From: Octopus vulgaris
Taxonomy: Eukaryota
DNA: 64,000 nucleotides
Assembly: GCA_951406725.2 (NCBI GenBank)
Contig: OX597818.1
Span: 3,720,001 to 3,784,000, forward strand
Direction of reading: 5' to 3'
The notes below the pieces were generated by a model that did no database searches, had not been told where the DNA came from, and worked only from the letters and a program-made list of their open reading frames with translations. Positions 51,630 to 64,000 of the stretch are shown here, piece by piece; the stretch's first letter is position 1; each line of letters begins with the position of its first letter. Position numbers and translations under genes: made by a program.

Positions 51630-51829
51630 TATATATATATATATATAATAATGAAGGGTGAAATTAATTAATTTGGAATAATTATCAATTACACCAAGTA
51701 GTCTGCCTTCCAATTGCTGTTTTTACTGAGATCTCCTTTTTAGTAGAAGAAATAGCTATAACTCTTTGACTGCTATTTCTAAATTCGGTATGTGGTAAGG
51801 CAATTCGTTGCCAAACCCTTTATTGCTTA

Positions 51830-51945
<116 letters not shown>

Positions 51946-51981
51946 GCATATATACATATATATATGTGTGTGTGTGTGTGT

Positions 51982-52290
51982 AGGCACAATGGCCCAGTGG
52001 TTAGGGCAGCGGACTCGCGGTCGTAGGGTCGCGGTTTCGATTCCCAGACAGGGCGTTGTGAGTGTTTATTGAGCGAAAACACCTAAAGCTCCACGAGTCT
52101 CCGGCAGGGATTGGTGGCGATCCCTGCAGTACTCTTTCGCCACAACTTTCTCTCACTCTTTCTTCTATTGGCCTGCTCGCTTAGCCAGTGCGGTGGCGTC
52201 CTTTGAAGGCTAAAATAATGCGAAGCGCATTGTGACCAGAGATGTGTAGCAACATCTGATAGCCTGGTCGATCACGGTGATCACGGTGAT
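51982..52290 (+). mobile_element. tRNA-derived SINE
   Basis: tggcccagtggttagg A box, ggtttcgattccc B box, gatcacggt tandem tail; related heads on the minus strand at ~1960-2070 and ~30800-30995. Confidence 0.85.
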
Positions 52291-52295
52291 ATATA

Positions 52296-52340
<45 letters not shown>

Positions 52341-52370
52341 TTCATATATAAACGTATGTATGTATGTATG

Positions 52371-55070
52371 GAGGAATTTTAACCACATACCACGTTTCGT
52401 GGTTAGCTAACTCAACTCCTTTATAAGATCCAGTGGCTGAGGGCATCATCAGGAGGAACCACGTCCGTTTCGGCCCTCCTCCTCTACTGTTTTCTGACGT
52501 AGCGGGGCCCCTCCTTTCAGAGGTGTCTTCTGCTCTGGTGCTGGGTGCGTTTTTTTTTTCTTGGTTGCGTCGTCTTCCATGCAGCATCAACGAATGTCAG
52601 CGGGCGAACGACCACCCTGCCAAATTTCCCTTTAAATACTCCCCGGTAGGTTCCAGCAACTAGTGCCAGCTAAGTGTCACGTGACACAATCGAAGCTTCA
52701 ACAGCCTGCATCGACTGTCACGTGGCGTAGTCTACTGACCGATGGAGGGGAAGGGCACGTAATTTTGGCCCGCACCCTCTCTAGACCTACCGTCAAACAA
52801 ATCGTGTGAGTTTCAGCTCCAGTAGCCAGAACCGACTAGCTGTCTCATGGTGCAAGCCTTCAAACTATCGGGGGAGGAGAGCGTGCAATTAACGAGATGG
52901 TTCCCTCGGTCCGCCTGTCAAGCAGCAACGCTGTTTAAGTGCTCGCCAGCCTCACCTGGGGACGCTATTTTCCAGTCGGTATATTATAGCTTTCGAGCCA
53001 TTTCGAGTCTTCTCGTTTCACCCATATATAGAAGCTGGCCTTGTCGACTACCTCCTGTATCCTCCTTATTACATTTTTCAGTTCTGTGTTCGAAAATGCA
53101 AATTGTCTTTTAAATAACGTCGCCGTTTTCCTTCCAATGAAGCGTCTAGCCCCCACTGCCAGTGGTAATACTCGACAGTCCACCCCTGTTTCTCGCACTC
53201 TTCGATTAGTTCTTCATACCTCTTCTCCTTCCGTTGCTCCGTATTAGCGATGTTCTCTTCCCACGGCTCTGTCAGCTGTAGATTAAGTCCGGTCTTTTTG
53301 TTATTTTTATGAGTGTTTTTATAATCTTTCGCAGTATCCCATCTTTCATCTGTCTCGTATACATTTTTTTTGGAAGGCCTTTTTGGTCTTATGTTCTTTT
53401 CCTTCCTTCTAGAAGCATATCCTTCCGCGTTTTTCCACATTTGGGTACTCACCCCTATTATATCCCTCGATCTTCTCGTTGAGTGCTGCGCTTATGATGC
53501 CGAAGACTTGGTTGTGACGCCATATATATCTGTCTAGTGCTAGTCTGCAGTTGGACAGAACATGCCTTATCGTTGCTTTCTCTCTGCATTAGTCGTTTGT
53601 AGGTTCCACCGGACTAAATTGGCCGGTGAAGGCAAAACGTCGAAGGTAGACTTGATCAGGAAGCGTGTTCTTGCTTGTTCTCAAGCCCAGAGTTCCTTCC
53701 ATAAGATTTTGCGACTGACCACATATTCCTCCCACCCCAGGTACTGACTACATTGCACCAAACGTACGTTTCACCTTTCTTTTTTCTCCTTTCTCACTTC
53801 GTGTACCACTGCTTCCTTTATCTCTTTTACACTGCTATTGCAAAGTGGTTTGAAATTTCGCAACCCTAGCTCTTACTTCTTGCGTCATTCCGATTATATC
53901 GGCATGCCTTAGCTTTCCGATCGCACTGTTTACTACTTCTTCCGCTTTCCATTTCCTCCTTGTTCGTATCTCTGGAGGGTTTTCTCGGATGTTCTGCACT
54001 TTCGAATAAATACCTTAGCATTATTATTGTCCTCACATTTCCTGCCTTATATTCTTCCACGATTGATGTCATCGGTAGTTACAGCACGAGTTTTCCGTAT
54101 AGTGCAGTAGTATTCAGCGGTTTTGGAAGACCAAACCATTTTCTGATAAATATATTGCATCTTTGTTCCATCCTTTCTACATGAGGCTATTTAATATATT
54201 TGCAATGGCCACATTATCCTTGGGTACAGTTCAAATTGCAGTATCCAGCATTTAAATTTCCCTGGTAATGTTGTTCCGTCAATTGTCTTTAGTCCCTTTT
54301 CCACTAATTTGTTTGTTTCTTTGTCTTGCTTCTTATCATTTAATAAAGTTCTGTACCGTTTGCCGAGACTTTTTACTAGTTGTTCTTTCACCGTCGGTAT
54401 TTCTTAGCCTCCTATCCTGAACTTCACTTCATTTTGGACTCTTTTAACGAATGCTACACTTCGAGATCTCTTGGCTTTGATTTTCATTCTCACCCATCCT
54501 ATCAGCCCTTCCAACTGCCTAACGTTCCATCTGCTTCTTCTCTATTTTCTGACAAATCAGTAATGTCGTCCATAAAAGCCCTTAATATAACAGCTTTCTC
54601 ACAGTTTGTTGATCTTAGTAACATCTCCATGACTAGCACAAATAAGATGACTGATATCGTGCATCCAGCTGCAATACCTGCTTCTAGCCGTTGCCACTCC
54701 GTTGTGAATTTTACTGCTGTAAATCTCATCCTCAATTTATCGTAGTAACACATCAGCTTTCGTTGAACATCTTCTGGAATTCAAAAGAAGTCCATAGCTG
54801 CTAGAATTGGTGCGTGTGGAACAGACCCATATGCATTGGCAAGATCTATCCATACAATGTACAGGTTTTTATTCTGTTGTTTTGCACTGTTGATAGCTTC
54901 CCAGATGGCAAATGCATGTTCTATGTATCCAGGGATTCCAGGGATCTCTGCCTTCTGGATTGCTTCATTAACATATCTGTTATGCTGTACGAATTTTACA
55001 ATTCCAAACATGATCTTCCCACCGATATTTAGCAGTGAAATGGGTCTGAATTGTATACGTTGGTCAAATT
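52371..55070 (-). mobile_element. Second HERO/NeSL-like RLE element, different family, long 3' UTR (copy B)
   Basis: FRPISLLN, IQKAEIPGIPG.IEH, WIDLANAYGSVPH, GIAAGCTISVILF, AFMDD, LPGKFKCW, LTEPWEEN..KEKRYEEL; 3' end abuts (TATG)n. Confidence 0.88.
52439..52489 (-). ncRNA. Non-circularly permuted hammerhead ribozyme candidate, intact core
   Basis: CAG-TA-GAGGAG-GAGGGC-C-GAAA-CGG-acgtgg-TTCCTC-CTGATGA-T-GCCCTC. Confidence 0.7.
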
Positions 55071-55719
55071 GGGAATGCATTATCTGAACGTTCACATATG
55101 TACTGAAAGCAAATTTGAAACCCTGATGTCCGTCAGATCCCTTCAAGCAATCATCTGACAACATGGGATCAAAAAAATATATAATATTCGCATCCTACAA
55201 ACTACACAACTCAAGGGAAGTTGAGAGAAAGGTCAGAGAAAAGAATTTTATAGATAAATTCAAACCCGCTTTAAATGGGTAGTTATAGTAACGGTGATAA
55301 TTATAACGATGCTGGTGATAATAATAATAACTATTGCTATTACTACTGCTACTATCACCACCACTAACAACAACAGTAAGAAAGGTGATGGTGAGGATGG
55401 TAGTAATGTTGACCATATCAACATTGACTCGATCGTAATGTCAAATTTCTGGAATAACAAAAATAGAAATCAGTGAAAACAGGAATGTTGTAAACAACAT
55501 TCCAAAATATAGTCACAGTTATTCCTTTAGGTGCAGTCAAAGTAAAGGATCCTTGACGTGCCCACCAAACCGTGACGTCTAAGCCACATACTAATTGGTC
55601 GAAATACACTTACATCTTAGTTGGCGCACTCACCAAACTGTGACACCTAAGTCACATACCGATTGATCAAAATACAGAATGGTGTAGGTAAGATCCGGGC
55701 TACATATATTTCAAAGCAA

Positions 55720-58550
55720 GCGGAACCTTGGAAGTAATAAATATCTGAGTTAGGTAGCAATCAGCCCCTTTTGTTATCATTCCTAGGGCACCTATGACAA
55801 CAGGTTTGGTTTTAGTCTTCAGGTTCCACATTTTGCTAATTTCTATTTCAAGATCTTTATATTTGCTCAGTTTTTGGTAGGTCTTGACAGATACGTTTAT
55901 ATCGATTGGGACAGTCATAGCAATGAGGAGGCATGATTTTTGTCTCAAGTCTTTCAATATGATGTCTGGTCTATTTGCATCTATCTTTCTGTCAGTTTGA
56001 ATGGTGAAGTTCCAGAGTAGTGAGATGTGATCATTTTCAAGATCTGAGGGTGGTTTGTGTTCCCACCAGATTTTATCATCGGGCAAGTCCAGGTTTTTGC
56101 AACTTACTCAGTGAATATACTGTGCTGCTTTGTCATGCCTGTTGAGATACTCTGAAGGCGCAAGAAAACTGCACATGGAGACATGATCAATGGTCTCATT
56201 TTGTTGTTGACATACACGACATGTTGGGCTTCTGCCGTTCTTTAATATGTTGGCCTGGTAGTTCCTTGTAGGTAGGCATTGATCTTGAGCTGCTATGATA
56301 AACCCTTCTGTTTCAAATTCTAAGCCAGAGGCCATTAGCTATTGATGGGTCAGGGCTTTGTCAACATCGGCATTATTCGCTCTCTTTGGGTATTCGCCAT
56401 TGAGAGGTTTTTCTTACCATTTATAATTCAGAATATCTAAGGCAGCAGTTTTAGTACGGGTTTTCATGCACTTAGCTTTTTCTGCGCTTGTTTCCAGTAC
56501 TTCTAATTCTGGAATTTATTGTATTCGGAATTCTCTTAGATAATCCTTCACCTGTTTTGTTACTGAGTATGATGCTTTCTTGTTTTCATGTTTTGTGACA
56601 AGTTTTAACATCCAGTCCTCAGAGTTTTTCAGGTAGGTGTCTAGGCCAATTGTGGCAATTTTCATTGTTAATGCCAGTTGTAAAAGTCCACGGCCTCCCT
56701 CTTTTCTTGACAGATAAAGTCGTTCTATATCTACCTTAGGGTGGTGCATTCAATGCATTGTCAACAGTTTTCGTATTTTTCTGTCATATTTCAGTAATTG
56801 ACCAGTTAATAATATTGAAACTGTAAGTCACGACTGATATGGCTAAAGCATTGATCGCTTCGATCCTGTTTCTTGCATTGAGCTCTGTCTTCAGTATTGC
56901 TCTCCCCCTGCGATAACATTTTTTTCTGACCCTTTCCTCCATCACTGCGTGTTTTATTCCGTCCCCTTCAATTACCCCTATGTATTTGTAGCTCTCCGCT
57001 TGGTCTAACTCTTTTATGACATTCTGCTGGTCAAGGTTAACGTTGGATGTTTCTTTCAATTTTCCTTTGATAAAGGTAGCTTTTGCACATTTATCGAGGC
57101 CAAATTGCATCCTGATGTAATCACTGAATTGTTTAACAATCGCTAATAAGCCCTTGAGTTGATGGTCATTTTTTGAAAATAGCTTTAAATCATCCATGTA
57201 AATGAGATGATTTATATTTTTATCAAATATTTCATAACTATACTGTGCATCATTGAGGAATTTTGAGAGACGTATTAAAGCTAGACAAAAGAGGAGTGGT
57301 GATAGTAAGTCACCCAGGAAAATTCCACATTCTTATACCTCCAGCATTTAGAGATTTATTGTCACTATTCAAAGTCAGTGTGGTTCTCCATGATCTCATA
57401 CTTACAGACAAAAAGTTTCGCCGAGTAGGAGCTAATTTATACATTTCCAGACATTTCTTAATCCAGCTGTGTGGTAGGCTATCAAAAGCCTTTTTATAGT
57501 CTATCCTGGCTATTGACAAGTTTTTTGTGTCGTTTGTGACAATCTTCTAAGATCATCTTATTGATGAGTAGCTGATCTTTACAACCGTAAGATCCACGTT
57601 TACACCCTTTTTGCTCATTAGGGAATATGCTACTTTCTATCAAAAAAAAAAAAACTATAGGTATATTCAATCAGGACAGATGTTAGCGTTTTATACATAG
57701 TTGTTAAGCAGGTTATGGGTCTATAGTTTTTTGGTTCATTTGTTTCTTCACTTTTTGGAAGCAGGAATGTTAACTCATTAACTAGACTAGGTTGTTGCAA
57801 AACATCGTTGTAAAGTTTTGTTAGTAGTTCATGGCTCTCTGAGAAGGCATTCAACCAGAAGTTAGGAATTTTATTCTTTCCTGTGGACTTCTATTTACTA
57901 GGTACCCTGAGAGCAGATCTTATATCTTCTACATTGACACCCTCCCACTTTTGCTCCTCTAAAGAGTCTAAGTAGATATTCTATCAATCCAAGGGGCCTT
58001 TTCATTGTGTCTGTTTTTTTTCTTCTGCCCAAACTTTATTCCAAAATTCCTGTACTTCTACTTTTGATGGGACGGAGTTTACTGTAACTGTTATCTTACC
58101 TATCTTCCTGTAAAAATTTTTGGTGCTATTTTTGAAGAATCTAACGCGCTTTTCATACCTTAACTCTGCGGACAGCTTTAGCGCATACCTTTTGCTTGAT
58201 GCTTCTATGGTGATATCAATGTCAAATATGGTTTTCATATTATATTTTTTTCTTTAATTTTCGGGTTTTTGTAGGTTTGATAGTCTTGTTAAACTTGAGG
58301 TTTTTCAAACATTCTATGTCAGACCTAAGTAGCTTAATTTGGTGTTGAATACGCTCTTGCCAAGAAGGTTTTTTGTGGGAATGTTGTCGTTTTTAAATCT
58401 TTTCACCACATAGAATCGTTGAGATTTTCGCGGATGCATAGTACAGGTGGTTGAGATCTGTAATATCAACATAATTAGCTGAAATTATATCCCTACGTGC
58501 AAGGCAGATTTTACCAATTATTTTCAGGTTTTGGTTAGAATTGCGAATTT
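55720..58550 (-). mobile_element. Decayed Dong/R4-like element
   Basis: [64 protein letters not shown]. Confidence 0.92.
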
Positions 58551-58559
58551 TCTAGAAGA

Positions 58560-59412
58560 ATATGAGTCGGTTGCAGGGGCTAAAATCAATGCCGAGAAGT
58601 CGGTGGGCTTGCGACTGGGCACTTGGAGAGGCAGGTCGTTGCCGTCAGATGGTGTCGTCAGACGCTTGACTGACGAACCAGTTGAACTGCTCGGTGTTTG
58701 ATTTGGTCTCGATCTCCAGGTGGATAAGAACTGGGACGAGGTGACGAAGAGGGCGGCCAGTCTTACCCAGGAATGGGCTGAGAGGAAGCTGCACTTGAAA
58801 GGTCGGGCAGAGGTTGTCTTTTATCGTCCGAGTCCATTGTGATGATTGCACCCCCCCCCCCACACCTATAATTGGGCTGGCAAGTTTTGCTTCGTTGCTA
58901 TGGCGAAAGTAGTTGTCTGTTGGATGAGGCTGAAAGGAATGAGGACAGAGACATTCCTCTTTCGTAAAGCCCTCGTCGACTTTTTCTCAAGTTTCACTTG
59001 AAGAGGAAAGTGAGGGTAATGCGGGAGGTGCTGTCCTCGAGTGAATTTATGAAAAGGTGGGTCAAAGTTGCGAAAATGGCAAGAGTGTATGGTACCACTC
59101 TCAGTGTAGACCTGTGAGTCATAGGAAAGGAGTTGGAAAAGGTATTTGTCCGTGGTACTCAGGGTGATCTTGGATGGTGGGGTTCCTCGATCACTTCGAG
59201 AGATCCTCCTTGTGATGGAGGATCCCCCATCACAATTTTTAAAAAAATTTTCTTCCCAATTTCGGTGTATTATGTATACTTCACTTCTTTTAATGTATAC
59301 TGTGTATACTTTTTTTAATCATTTCATTATTCCATTACATATAATGTAATGGAATAATGTCTGTCTTTGCATTGTGTCCCTCATCCTTCGCCCTGGTGGC
59401 AAATAAAAGAAA
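58560..59412 (+). mobile_element. L1/Tx1-like 3' fragment with (ATT)n tail
   Basis: Matches the 22900-23220 region; ends aataaaagaaatc then (ATT)n. Confidence 0.8.
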
Positions 59413-59503
<91 letters not shown>

Positions 59504-59514
59504 GTTCATATACA

Positions 59515-62500
59515 CTCAACAGATTAGTCTGTTGGAGAAGAAAAAATCCTAACATCCTAACAAGTAACCTTAGATGCCAAGAATCCACCTAAGTATCCTA
59601 ACTGTCCCTAATAACACTGTTTTTTCGAGCCGTACCAAACTGGGTTTCTATACTTTTCATATTACATCATTTGGGACTGTAAAGTCAATTATCTGGCACT
59701 TTCTATTCTCTTTATCTACTACTACCAAATCAGGCCTTCTAGCTTCTATTACTCTGTCAGTCTGAATGTTGAGGTCCCACATTTTATATTTCTTACTTTC
59801 TAGTACTTTACTAGATTCATGCTCATACCATTTATTAGTATGTTTCTACATAAACTGCTTTCTACAAAACCTACAAAACCTGGCTTTCTACATAATTCCC
59901 AGTAGATTACTTTCCCCAGGTTGTCGAGTCTTTTCTTGTATTCTTTCTATACCAGTATGCTATATTCACTTTCTATATGAGTAACGCTTTCCTCTTTTGA
60001 TTTGCATAACTCTACATTGGGAATCTACTTGGTTTTTTTACTATCTTGGATTTTATCCAATAAGTCCTTAATGCTTGATCTTGTGGTCCTACTAACAAAC
60101 TTTCTGTCTCCCTCTTCAGGTTTCCTTTCTGCAACTATAACCGTGTCTCACTATTTGTATTTGCTGCAACTATCTTTGGGAATCTGAATCTACCATGTAA
60201 CGCCTTCTACTGCCAGTCAGATAATTTCTGGTTTTTAACTTCGACTGGGCTTTTGGTTTCACTGTGTCTTACTGTGACTCTAGCAGCTTTTAATAAACTT
60301 TCTTCACTACTACCTAAATAGGAGTCTATATCTACTCTAGTTAACTCCATGCAGTCTTCTACTAATATTAACCCTCTTCTCTAGGTAGGTATAATCTTAC
60401 TATTTCTGCCCTTGGGTGGAGTCTTCCATTCATATTGAATTCCTTCCTAGTTCTTCTGTCTAGCTTTGCTAATTAAGTTTTTGTCCAATTTACAAAAGCT
60501 ACTAAGTATCTAAGTAATGATATTTACAGCCTTCACTAGATTCGGACCATTTAGCTTTGTCTTCATTAGCTTCCTCATCCTTCTGATGTACTCCTCAATT
60601 TTCGTTTTCATTTCTGTAGTTTTCATTCGTTTTCATTTCTGTAGTCAGATTCTAATACTCCTAGATACTTATAACTCCCCCCCTCTCTCTCTCTCTCTCT
60701 CTCTCTTCCTTACTAAAAAGCTTTAGATTATCCATGTAGAGCAAATGGTTAATTTTTCCCTTACTATTTCTGAACAGGTACCCTGCTTTTGCCTCCCTTA
60801 ATACTAAAATTAGAGGGATCAAACATAAGGCAAATATTAAAGGAGACAATGAGTCCTCCTAGAAAATTCCTCTTTTGATATCAACTTTCCCTAACAGTGT
60901 ATCACCTGGGTAGAGATCTACTTTCCATTTCTTCATGCTAAAGCTAATTAATTTTCTTATACTGTCTGCCTTACTGAATATACTCAAACATTCACTTTTC
61001 CATGAGTGTGGGACCGTGTCATAGGCTTTCCTATAATCTATCCATGCTATTGTTAGATTTTTCTTTCTAGCCTTTACATCATTTAGAACTGCTTTGTCTA
61101 TGTATAATAGATCATGCGTTCCTCTAGCCTTCTTTTTGCAACCTTTCTGTTCTGGCAGTAAATTCTGGTTGTCAAGGTGCTCGTAAATGCTTTCTGAAAG
61201 TATTCCTGTTAGCATCTTCCACACTAATGGTAAGCAAGTGATTGGTCTATAGTTGCTAGCTGTATTACCCTTGCTCTTATCCTTCATGATGAGTATTGTC
61301 TTCCCTCTAGTCATCCAATCTGGTATTATTCCTCCATTAAGGCAATCCTGAAGTTATTCCCTCAGCCTCCCATGTAAACTACAAAATCTTTTTAGCCAGT
61401 ACCCTTGAAATAAATCTTGTCCTAGGCCCTTCCAATTCGGTACTTTTCCTAACACTTTGCTCTAGTTAATCTTAGATCTGGTTGCTTTTCACTCATTACT
61501 TCTTCCCTCACATTCTTAAACCATACTGCATCTCTATTATGATTGACTGGTTTATCCCAAATATTACTGTCAGAACTTTCTAGCTTTTTCTGCATTAGGT
61601 TTCTCATCTTCGGTACTGCATTCTCCACCATTTATTTGGTTATAAAATCTCTCGTCTGTCTCAAATAATCTATTCTGCTGTAGGAATACGACCGTATGTG
61701 AGGAGGTTAGTGACATAGGTCTCCTTTTGTAAGCCACGCGGTCGCATCCCTAACAAAATAGAATAAGTCATAATACAACTTATACAATACAGTGCCAACA
61801 GAATATAAATGAATGAGGACAAGCCGTTCCACTGTTTGAGAGAAGATAAGATTTTATTTACAAGATGTTAAGGTTAGAGGGTTGTGTATGTGTGCATGCA
61901 ACAAGCGTTTGTGTCTGTGTGTTCGTGTGTGTGACAGATACAAATATGGTGAATGCGTAAAACTCAGAAATACAAAGCATAGATGAAAGTCTCAACATAG
62001 AGTTGAAGATGGAATTTGGATTACCAGTTCATAAGGTATACGATATGCAAGAGTTCTATAACAAGATGTTGTGGACACGAGGCAGAGGCCGGTTGGGCAC
62101 ATGTCGTGCAGCGGTTGGGGCTTCAATGCCGTGCCGAGTCTCTTAATACAGAATTTCTTCACTGGAAGGACTGTTATACGTGGTGAAAGGATTCACTCTA
62201 ACAGCGTTAGTAAAACTGGTCGTGTTGGTGAGTACATGTCTGAAGTTGACGGTGGTAATGGCGACGATGGTAGAGACGACTTGAACTTGGTACAATGATG
62301 GTGACGACGGCGGCGGAGATAGACGACGTTCTGTTGCGGGTGTGCATTAGCGTCGTCGTAGCTGAAGCAGGAGCATGGCTGGTCGTCTGTCGCTGGAACA
62401 TGTTGAGTAGTTTTGTGGTTAGTGACTAGACCTCAAAAGGTCTGAAGTCGAAAGATTAAGTATCCTGAGAGCAATCCCTTATATACAGGAGAGATGGCTC

Positions 62501-63560
62501 AACAGAGCCTAGGAAAAAGGGTGTCACGAGACCTTAACCAAAGGCCGTGATTGGTTGGCTTTGGACAATGGCGCGAAATAAGTAGAGACAAACTGCGCCA
62601 CATGTCAACCAATCAGATCAGTGGACACAACAGGAACAACCCAGCCAAAGATGGCTGTAATCTCAAACGAGATCATTCCTGGTAAGTCTCTCAAACAGTG
62701 AGGATATCAGATACCGCTACACTACTGACACTGATCTATTCTTTTCTGATATCTGGAGATCTTGCCACATACGCTGTTTCCACTCTTCTTTTACTGTCCC
62801 AAAACCTTTCTCTTTGACTAAGTATCTTTTCTCAAAGGAAGATTTGCATCTTGTCTTTCCTAACTTGATCAGTTTCTAGGCTTCTATTCTACTCAGATTT
62901 TGTCTTAAAGTCTTCACTTTATTTTGTAGTCTCCTTTTCCACATTTGCTCTTTTCTAATCTTTCCCTGTGAGATACCTAACCTTCTAGTGACTATTATCC
63001 CTCTTGCATAGATCTTTCTTTATTGGTATCGCTATTATTATTTTTTCCTTTAGATTTTTCTTTGGTTTGTGCTGTATCTCTTATGTTATTGTTTGTTTTT
63101 CCTACTCCCTAGTCTTTCGCTTGTGATCTCTTCTACCTCAAATTCTGTCAGCCACTTTATCCTAATAGCATTAGTTTAATCAACTCATCTCTGCTCAGTC
63201 ACTTTAAACATACCCTTCTCTAGCCAAAGTGTAAACATTCGTTTTCTATAGCCCCATCTTGAAGATTCACTTTCTAAGTAACACTGCACCACTATCCTGT
63301 TTTCTACGCTGGTCCACTTCCTCCTCCTTGCTCTATTATCTGCTGATGATGTATTAGGATAACAGCTGTGGTCAGTCTGCATCTTTACTGAACCACTACC
63401 GAGCGAGAGATTTTCCCTTAATGGTTTAGCTCCATTTTCGCTGCTAAATCAGGGTTTCTTCGAAGACTCCTCTCTCACATAAACTGAGGTAAGGTAACGT
63501 TCGTCACCATCGTCATCACCACCAGTATTTTTTCTCGACATCTGAAAGATTCAAGCAACT
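59515..63560 (-). mobile_element. Decayed near-full-length Dong/R4-like element interrupted by a solo LTR
   Basis: RRKWTSVEN..GYRKRM N-terminus, NYRPITCL, WIDYRKAYD, LLYMDNLKLF; (AAT)n tail. Confidence 0.9.
61679..62721 (-). mobile_element. Solo LTR (~1.04 kb)
   Basis: TGTAG...CTACA termini; 4-bp TSD ctgc/ctac (1 mismatch); removing it restores DQCQQNRLF in the host LINE; minus-strand TATA (~62480) and AATAAA (~61853). Confidence 0.8.
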
Positions 63561-63823
63561 TTCTATTGCATCATTTGTTGCACCTTTGTGCTGGTGGGGT
63601 GGTGCATGCTGCATTATTTTTGTTGGGGGGCGTATTGCATTGTATCAGTATGTTTTGTTTTGGGAGTTTGGTTTGAGTCTTATGTTGTATTAGTTTTTGT
63701 ATTGTGTCTTTTCTGCAGCGCAGATTGTGTTCTCCTGTCGGGTATCGGCCTTCTGTGGCACATGTTATGGGTTTTGTTCATATTGTTGAGTATTTACAGT
63801 ATGAGCTTATTCTGATATGTTTT

Positions 63824-63856
<33 letters not shown>

Positions 63857-63879
63857 ATTATTATTATTACTACTACTAC

Positions 63880-63962
<83 letters not shown>

Positions 63963-64000
63963 TATGTTTGACTTTTGCTTTATGTCTGTACAAGTTGGCT

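Noticed and set aside
51982-52055. tRNA gene
   Set aside because: A/B boxes are present, but there is no acceptor stem and it continues into a SINE body.
55557-55680. ~68-bp diverged tandem duplication
   Set aside because: No structure or coding signal seen; treated as an ordinary local duplication.

Overview
Repeat-dominated, AT-rich eukaryotic DNA. A cephalopod, probably Octopus, is my inference from the tRNA-derived SINE types and the density of (AAT)n/(TA)n tracts. The window holds a near-intact Dong/R4-type RT+RLE non-LTR retrotransposon in an (AAT)n tract plus many decayed relatives, two HERO/NeSL-type RLE elements, L1/Tx1-like and RTE LINEs, Gypsy and mariner relics, solo LTRs, MITEs and SINEs. 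Three phase-compatible exons probably belong to a host Ig-domain gene. The most striking signal is RNA structure. Both HERO-like elements carry, near their 3' ends, hammerhead-ribozyme segments in a non-circularly-permuted (scrambled) order, with the pairings kept despite different stem sequences. Several small inverted-repeat or tandem-repeat elements, mostly next to (TA)n tracts, carry conventional Penelope/retrozyme-type hammerheads; two look intact. All calls were made by eye, and boundaries of decayed repeats are approximate.
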